This document shows, one piece after another, positions 7,705 to 16,700 of a stretch of 64,000 nucleotides of DNA. Below the pieces are notes generated by a model that ran no database searches, was not told the DNA's origin, and saw nothing but the letters and a program-made list of their open reading frames with translations. This DNA comes from a virus (Duplodnaviria > Caudoviricetes), in the IMG/VR virus record IMGVR_UViG_3300027563_000006, positions 6,539-70,538 of that record. One strand, written 5' to 3'. Position 1 is the first letter of the stretch, and each line of letters begins with the position of its first letter. A program made the translations under genes and the position numbers.

Positions 7705-10700
7705 TTACTGTCTTTCGGGATACAAGATACCCTCTTGATTTTTCTCGGCCAGAACTTGATACAGAATTTCTTTTTTAATTGGATTTACAACTGCCCGTGT
7801 AACTTCTCTAAACTGACCCGGGCTCATTTGCTCTAGCTGTGGGATGAGCTGTGACAGTTGTTCCTGTATGATCGGCCCAGCTCTCATCATCCATTCGTAC
7901 TTCTCATCTGTTGAGAGTTCTCGTTTTAGACTGTAAAAGTCGTCGGCAGTCAACTGATCTCCTTTAGCTTGCGCATCCTGAATCATCTCAAGCATAGCAA
8001 AATCTTTAAGCGGGCCAGCATCCCAATCTAAGGAGGAACGCTTGGATGCGAACATGGAGATAAGCTTATCGTGAATTGCTTGCGGGGTTCTATCTCCATC
8101 GTCATAAGACTGAGAGTCAACACCCGTAGTGGTGAGTCGGCGTAAGAAAGGAACAGTATTCGCTACCTGTGTCTTGGTATTTCCTCCCAGGAAATCAAGA
8201 TCTGGCCGGCCAACCTTTGAAGCGAAAGGGATGGACTGGGCGAATGTGGATAGAAGATTTTCTTGATAAGGCCGAGCAGAGGGGGAGCCAGCTATGCCAT
8301 TGAATAGCTGCTCTACGTCACGGAGCGTTGCGTATCCAGGTATTAAACCACCAGCAACATTGCCAACCGTCTTACTGAGGTTAGTCATGATTCCTTTTGC
8401 ATCACGCTGACCGACGCCTGGAGAAGTGAGGGACATAAGCTGACGTATGCCCGATAGAGCTGCCATGTCTAGAATTCCGTACATCGCTAAGGCGCTGCCC
8501 GTCAGTCCGCCCAATACAATGGACTCCGCTACGGATCGTTTCTCGTATCGGATAGATTCTGTAATAGCTCCTGAGAGAAGTAGAGGGCCGGACAATCCGA
8601 CGGGGAAACCCTCAAAGCTGAAGAACTGTGGTTTTCCGTCGCTGAATCTTCCAATTTGAATAGCCCGAAGTTTTCCACCCGCGGCAAAGAAAGCTTCGCG
8701 TTGAGCTGGATCTGCTGGTCCTTTGAAATGGATGTTGAAATACGGATCATCTTCCCCGCCAATAGCATCTTTTAAGGCGGCTAGTAAAGTTCCAGTGATA
8801 ATATATCCTAGTGCCATTTTACCCAGCAGAAGGTCATGCTCAACTGTTCCGGGGACAGGTGGAGGGCGATAGTATTTGGTGTCCTTCAGCATGGCTGCGG
8901 AGCCGCGATACAATCTGATGGTGGACATCACTGGGAGAAAATTTAAAACTTCGTTCGCCAAGCTTGATCCAGTTTTTAAGAACTTGACAAACAACCTTAA
9001 CGGCCACGCTTTGGCGGAGATGCTCGTCAAACCGTCAGCTAATAATCCAAACCAGCCCTCAAAGTTATTTGTAAATGTGGACTGTGCCGCAAAAGTTTTA
9101 GCTTTCTCTGTTAAATTTTTAACAATCTCTTCGTCCGGCCTGCCTTGCTCAAGAATCTCTTCAACTCGCAACGACTCTTGTTCGGGAGTTAGATTGAATT
9201 CCTTAGCTTCCGAAGCCGCTTTAGCTTCTGCGCGCTTCCTGGCTTCCGGACTTTGATTGAGGAGTCGGGCAACTTCGGCCTCAATCTCATCGTTTGTCTG
9301 GAAACCTTGTGCGATTGCGATGTTAGTAGCCTCGGCAATCTCATACATTTTGCGGGAAGAAATTTTATTGATTGCGTCGCCAGCCGCCATAGATCGACCG
9401 AAGAATATGAAGGGGGCGAGGGCACCATACTTACTGCTTAGGAATTTAGAGTCCAGTGGGATTCTGTACTCTTGTCCGAATACATTAACCGGCAACTCAG
9501 GCTGAACAGCTCCTGGTTTTCCTGCTCGGTAATCTTCTGCCTGTTTTACAATCGCCTCCCAAATATTCACTCCACCCAGCTCTTGAGTCAGAGCGTCCTG
9601 AATGTTCGAATAGTCTCCGTTGAAAAATACATTCGCGGCTGCGTTTAGGGCCGGCTTCTCTCCGGCAAAGATAGCTGAGTTAAGTGCAATTGCCGCATCC
9701 TTATAGGCTTTAGCTCTTGCTTTGTCGCCAGCTATTCCTTTAGCTGCGCCTACCGCGGCGAGAATTCCAGCGTTCAGCTGATTGCTCATCGTCGAAGACC
9801 AAGCATTGATGCCGATCGTTCCAATCCCCGCCAGCAAGTTGGAAGTTTGATAGTTAACGAGCAACTCCCCCCACACTTGGGGTGACACTAGCTTTACATA
9901 CTGATACATCTCAGAAATCTTTTTATTCCGAATCATTCCGACCGGATAGAGAGGAAGATCTTCAATCAACTTGTTGAGCTTCTTGCGTTCTTCCTCTTTA
10001 AGCTCGGGCAATCCAAGCTGAGAATGCATTTGAGCGAATACTTCACTATCGTTCAAAACTCCAAGGTTGGTAGCCTCAATCAAACGGTCTAAGGCTGAAC
10101 GCATTTTCCTAGTCTTACGTTCTTTTTTTGCGTCAAATCTTTTCTTAATTCTTTCTAGTTCTAGCTTGCGTTCTTTAGCGATAAGATCCGTCAATCCTTC
10201 CCGCAGGAAGTCCGTTACTTCTTTCTTTTGAGCTTCGTCGAGCGTTGTGTTTTGAGTCAGCAATGCGCCTAGCTTGTTTTCAAAATCCATGATATCGCCC
10301 TTGCTCGAACGGATGAGGCCACGAATATTAGTTTGAGGCCCACCGATTGATTCGAGAGAGCGAACTGCCTGTTTCAAGCTCGACACAGTAAAGGGACGGC
10401 CAAAGGCTTCATCGATGAAAGGCTCAAGTCCAGCGAGTTCTTCTTCGCTATAAACTTCTTTCAAGGAGTCACGCACATTGTCGATAAACTCCATGACATC
10501 TGGATACTTCTCAATTCTGTCACGAAGAACTTCGGCCTCAGTCGGCTTGGGTTCTGGTGTGTAGGTAGGCTGAAGTCCGCCCTGCTCTTTTGTTCTCTGT
10601 GCAATGAGTCTGCGAATACGTGCAGCAAACTCTTCGAGCTGATCTTTTTTCTTTGGCTCTTGCTGTAAACGGACTGCTTGCTTTTGTAAAGCTTCTGCTG

Positions 10701-13700
10701 ATGCTTCCGCTAAAGCTTCAAGTCTCGAAGTGGCTTCGGTGGGAATTGCGACGGGTGCTTGGTCTTTGGCTTTAGCCTTGGCATCAATGACACGACGAAC
10801 TGCTTCACCGCGAGTTGTTGGGGGTTGAATGCTTTCGCGGGCGCGGGCTTCGCCAAGAGCTTGGGCTGAGAAAATTTCTAGAGCATTGGTCAAAGCCGCG
10901 TCAAAATAAAGATCGAGTTTGCGTCGAACATTCTCCTGATTCTTTGCGTCCCGCAGAGCTGGGGTAAGCATCAGCAAGCTTTTGATCTGATCTTCGGAAG
11001 CAGCAGTCACACTAGGATTTTCAGAACGCTGAATAATCTCAAGTATCATTCGGCTCAGGGCGGTAGTTTGTTCTGGGTTGAGACGAATGCCATCAGCATC
11101 ACTTCCCTCAACCTCGGGGGCGGCGGCTAGATCTGCCCCAAGGAATTCCGCCCCATCTGCCAGCGCTTGCTCGCTTCCAACGTATTCTGCTACTGCCGCT
11201 TCGAGTTCGGCAACAGTTGCTTGCTTCTTATTGAGCTCTACAAGTTTTGCAATTTTTTCAATCGTCGACTTTGTCTTTTTATCCGTCGTTAGTTTGTCGA
11301 CAGCTCTACGAGTTGAGTCAACAAGACCGGAGGATATCTCGCTTTCTTCTTCCGCAAAGCCTGTCAACCTTCCTCGAATCGACGAATCAATCTGTCGGTT
11401 AATGTACATCTTCATGGCTTCTGGATTGTTGGAGAGTTCCCCAAGTGCATTCCAGAGATCGACGGTTCGTCCAGGTTCGGTGCCATACTTCCTGCTCAAT
11501 AGGAGCATTACCTCTGCCAACTGTTCCCTGGCGTACAGGTCTGTCTTAGCTTTCGCACCAAGAGCATTGGCCAACTCAAATCCAATCGCACCCTGCAACG
11601 GCAAGGAGCTTTTGATGTTACCGCTCAAGAAAGCATTGAGAGAATTCTGCAATCCGTTTGTAGCGATATAAGATTTAGCGTCAGCAAATTGTTGTTCGCG
11701 TGGCACAGATTGGTAGTACCAAGCGTCCAAAAGTTTATCCTTCACCTTGCCTTCGGGAAGAACGTCCACGAACTGCGTGACGATATTCTTTACGGCTCGG
11801 CTCTCACGAATCTCGGGGGCCGGAGCAACCAGCGGGGAAACCATATTTACGGAACGAAGTTGTACGTTGGGTCCCCAATTTCGTTTTGCTCTTTCTACGG
11901 CTTGGAAAAAATTCATCCCACGAATAGCATCGGAAGTCCATGTATTTCCGTTGTCAGAAGATATTTCTAACTGTAAAGAATACGGATATTTTGTTTCGTC
12001 AAAACCTTTTCCTTCTTTTCCACTGCCTTCTTTTGGAAAACCTAAAAGTTGATTTTCTACATTCTCGTAATTCGTTTTAATTTTTCTCAAATCAGAACCG
12101 ACTGGAACTGGTTGAGCGACTTGAGGTGACGGAACTGGAATTAGAACTGGTCCGCCATCCAAAGAGACTGAGTTGACGATTGGTTTTTCCATTGCGACTG
12201 CGGGGGCCGGAGAGATAACCTTGGCGAACTTGTTATATCCAGCATCGCGGAGAGCAGCGATCAGAGGTCCGGGGCTGGTATAACGTTGGCCGTTATAGTT
12301 AACCACTTCCTGTCGTTCGAATAGTCGGATGACGGCATTAGCCGTGGCTTTGGCTTCTGAGGAAGCTGTAGTCGGAACGGCTATGTTGCCCGGAATCTTA
12401 ACGCGATATTGTTGGTATGCTGGTTGGGGTTCGAAACTTTGTTCATTGCTGGTCACTTCAGTGGGTGCGGAAGTTGCAACAAAAGCTGCGACGGGTAGTG
12501 ACCTTCCGGCTTCTTCCATATTTTCCGCCAACTCAAGAGCTTTATTGGCAATCGCTGGGAGACTCGCCCTGCCTCCGTCCATAACGGCTTGCGTTGCGGA
12601 ACGGAAAAGATCCCGCTCGTCAGCTGTAATAACTCCACGGCGTCGATTGATATCTAGCGCATCTAGCCATTCCTCCACACCAACGGTCTTAAATAAATCA
12701 TCGGCAACCGTTACCCCAAGCACACCTTCAGTTCTACCTTCCAGGTGATTCTCAATCATGCGGTAGATTCGAAGATCGTATGAGTCAAATACGGTCGCAG
12801 CGCGGGGTGCAGTCGGTGAAGTTCCCGGAGCCGGGATGGGTCTAGCCGGAGCTTCTCCAGCTTGTACAAATTCTTTTGATGTTTTGCGAAGTGTGGAGAT
12901 TGCATCCTCGATGCTTTGACGCATCACCAAACGATCTTTTGCGTTCGGGGCCAATCCCAATCCACGCTTGACCACTGTGGCCATGCTGTCAAACCACACG
13001 CCAAGTCTGGCAAGAACAGATTTACTTTCCGACTTTAAAATATCTTTGAGACGCTGTGTTGCCCGAGCGATATCGTTCGCATTCACAGAGTTAACTTGCT
13101 CTGTGACACCACCTGTTAATTTTAACTGGGATAGCTGACGGATTCCTTCCATGGCCACGAAATAAGGATCATTCGCAAGTGCCTTAATTTTTCCTTGCGT
13201 ATCTGAGTTTGTTATGTCGGACCCTAATGTTGCATAATATAATCTTCCGATAGCTAGTCTGGATGCTTGAGATAATGAATCTCCAATTGCAGTAAGTTCT
13301 TCAACAGGATCAAGACCGAGCTCGCGATAGTACCGCAAGGTCTCCATGTGAATTGTTTCTTCTAACAATGCCTGGGTTATATAAGACTTATAGGCATCGG
13401 GAGATAGAGTCTTCTTTCCTTTCTCCAGAAGTGTTGGGTTAACTACAATAGTATCGGAATCGTTATCTGATCCAACAACCACAGCCATCGAGTGGGTGAA
13501 GGTAGGATCAATCTTCACATTATAGTTGTGAGCCTGACCTTTAGCATCGCGGAATGTGATTACATTATTGTTGTAGTCTTTTCCAAGAGCTGATTTTAAA
13601 ATCTCATCTGTAGCAGAAACTTGTTCGGGAGTTGCTCCTACTGTTGACTTTACCGGGGCGACAGTTTCAGCTGGTTTGGTTTCTTCCGCTTTCAACCCCT

Positions 13701-16700
13701 CAAACCCGGCGCCAGTTGTAGCGTCCAGCAGACGAAGCTTGGCTCGCATGCGATCGATGTTCTGCTGATCAACTTCAGCTTTCGACTCCAAGAAAATAAG
13801 ATTGGGGCGGCTGGCGCTGTCGGTACGCCATACCCTATAGACGAGTTGAACGGCCTGAATCGCGCTGACGGGTGGCGACATAATAATCATGTCGCGAGGC
13901 TCGTCACCAAACTTATCATCTAGCTCAATCCCAGTTCCGCCCATTTCCTTTGTGGCAATGAGAACGTCAGCCGCGTTCTCATTGAAGGCGGCTAGTGCCT
14001 GTTCTTTTGTTTGGCCTGATCCGGTGTACATCCTTGCGATTCTAAGATCGGGGGCAAGGCGAAGGATTGCCGCTTCTACCGCAGCTGAAGTTGGGTCAAC
14101 CGCCTCACCGCGGGCATTTGTTTCTGAAACAAACCCAACATAGATAACTGGCTTGCGACCTTGGCGGATAGATTGGATGGCTCGCTTGGCTGCGGCATCA
14201 ACTTTATATTCTTCCAACGCTCGCTTCTGAGCGGATACTAATTTACGCAATGATGCAATATCGGTGTTTTGCGTACCGCCGTACATGTTCTTGATATCTT
14301 CAAGCTGCTTAGTGATCGCGGAATCTAACGGAACATCTTGGAACTCTACACTCACTCCATCCAATTTGAGAGAGCGAGAGCGTAGGATTCCGTTCTTTAC
14401 CAATCCATCGAGGTAAGCTTCGAGACGATCTTGCATCTCTGTTTCGGTAACTCCTGGCGACAATGTCCAGTAAGATTTCTTTCCACCGCGAAGATATTGT
14501 TTTTCAAATCCGAGTCTCTTGATCAAAGCGTCAGGTGACTCGGTATCAAAAATACCAAGTCGGCCAAGCGAAAGAAGCTGATCGGGTGTTTCAAACGGAG
14601 TTCCAGAAGCCATCAACACTCGACCAGCTTTCTGTGAAATATCATTCATCAGGATTGACCAGGCGCGGCTCTTACCCTCTTGGATTGCTTTGTGCAAATT
14701 GCGTCCGGAATGTTGTTCGTCGAAAATAACAACTGTCTTTGCATCTACCAACGGAAGAATCTTTTCTAAATACTGCGAGGTATAAGTTGAGACAACAACT
14801 TTTCCTGGCACATTCTCAATTGGAAGACCGCGACCACTCTCACCTTTACCCCCACGAGCTGCAATCGGAACGCCCATCAATCCGGCATCTTTCTCAATCG
14901 AGCCGCCAATTGTATTCAGATCCCAGTTCGGGGTCACGGCATCGGGAGCCGTCAAATAAAATACATTAAATCCTTTGTTGAGGTAGTATTTGGCTGCCGC
15001 CAACAATACTCGGGTCTTGCCGGTTCCGGGGCCGTTGGCCAAGTAAAAAGCTTTATGCTTGGAGCTTTCCATCGTGGTGATGGATGCCGCCACATCTTGT
15101 TTTTGTTCGGGGGATAAGAGTCTTACCGTATCCGAACCAATCGGATCTAGAACTTTCTCGCTATAAGGTTTGCCTAGCTGGTTACGGGATTCGACGAAGG
15201 ACTTGGGGATGGGGATGCCACGAGCGCGTTCAGCTCCAAGTCCCCCGACTCCGGTTGCCCCACTTGTAACAGCTGGTCCCACTTCTTTCCGCTCAGGGGG
15301 AACGGTTTCTTTAGGAACTCGCTTTGTGGTGGCAGCACGTTTGGCCTCGAGTTCCGAGAGCTTTTTGCGAGCCTCCTCACGTCGACCATCGGTTGTCTTG
15401 AGGTCGGGCTTTGTGGCTTCAGGTTTTTTGGATTCTTCATAGGTACCTTTCTCGTTTATGTTAAGTCCGCTATCGAGCAGGATTTGGTCGCTAACTCGGA
15501 GCAGATTCGATCGGAAGGTTAAAGCAATTTTATTTTTAGCTTCTCCCTCTTCAAGTGTTTGCGAAGCCAAATAGGGCTCCGCAAGTTTGTTTAGTTTGTC
15601 GATGTAATCATCGGCTTGTTTTTGTGACAGTCTGTCATCCTCTACCGCGTTTTTTAAATTGTTATCGATAGCTTCTGAGAGTTCCGTGATGGCTTCCGGA
15701 GAAAGCTTTTCTTGCGCGATCGACTCAATATAATTTTCAAAAGCCCGGAGCATTTTGACCGAACGAACTTTTTGCACTTCCGACAACAGGGACTTTGCTC
15801 CCGCGAGTTCTTCATCGTCAAAGAAACTATCCGATTGTAGTTTGCGGAATCTTTCTGCCGCGGGTTGTATTTGAGCGGCTGTTAGATTTCCCTCTCGAAC
15901 TAAGCCCTCTGGTTCGCTAACTGCGCGGGAAGGGAGAGTTCCCGCCTGCTGGTTCTTTCGGTACTCTCCCTCTAGACTGGAGATAAATCTATTACGAACT
16001 ACTTCTTGGATAACTTTAATATCGCCAACGGGAAGTTGGACTCCCGCAGCCTCCTGTTGGGTGATCTGTTTCCCCGAAACCAAAGCATCGAACGCGAGCT
16101 TTTCTGCTTCCGTAGTTAAAGTTTGTCTGAAAGAAGGAACAATCTGTTGGGCGAGAACCGCTAAAGCTTCCTGCCGTTGAGCTGGCGAGGGAACTTCAGA
16201 CTGTCCGACAACCTGATTATCCACCTCCGTCGCGTCAATCTGATCAAGAGTTTCATTGATGGCCCCCGCGACGGCTGGGTTCAAACCCTGCTCCTCCGCC
16301 AACGTTTCCGCATCAACGGCGTTAACGCGTAGACCGGGAGTCTCGAGGCTTACGGCTGCCCCAATTCCGACGCCCGCTCGCATCCGAGGAACGGCTCTGC
16401 GAATAAAGTCCCGCAGCCGGCTATTAAAAATTGTACTAAGAGAAAGATTGTTTTTGCCCTGGCGAAGTTCGTAAAGAAAACTGTTGATCGTGGCAGAGGA
16501 TACCTCATCGGATATATTATATTTTTGATACCCAGCCAAAGACTTACTTTGAAGATAAGATTTTTTGCGCTCAACGTAAGCTAATAGGGTTTCGGCGGGA
16601 GTCATGAGATCCCGACCGTTTTCGTCGATCGCTCCGAGGCTTTGGAGTAACTCAACCGTCGCGGGGTTTTTTAAATTAAAAACGCTGGCAAGAACATTTT

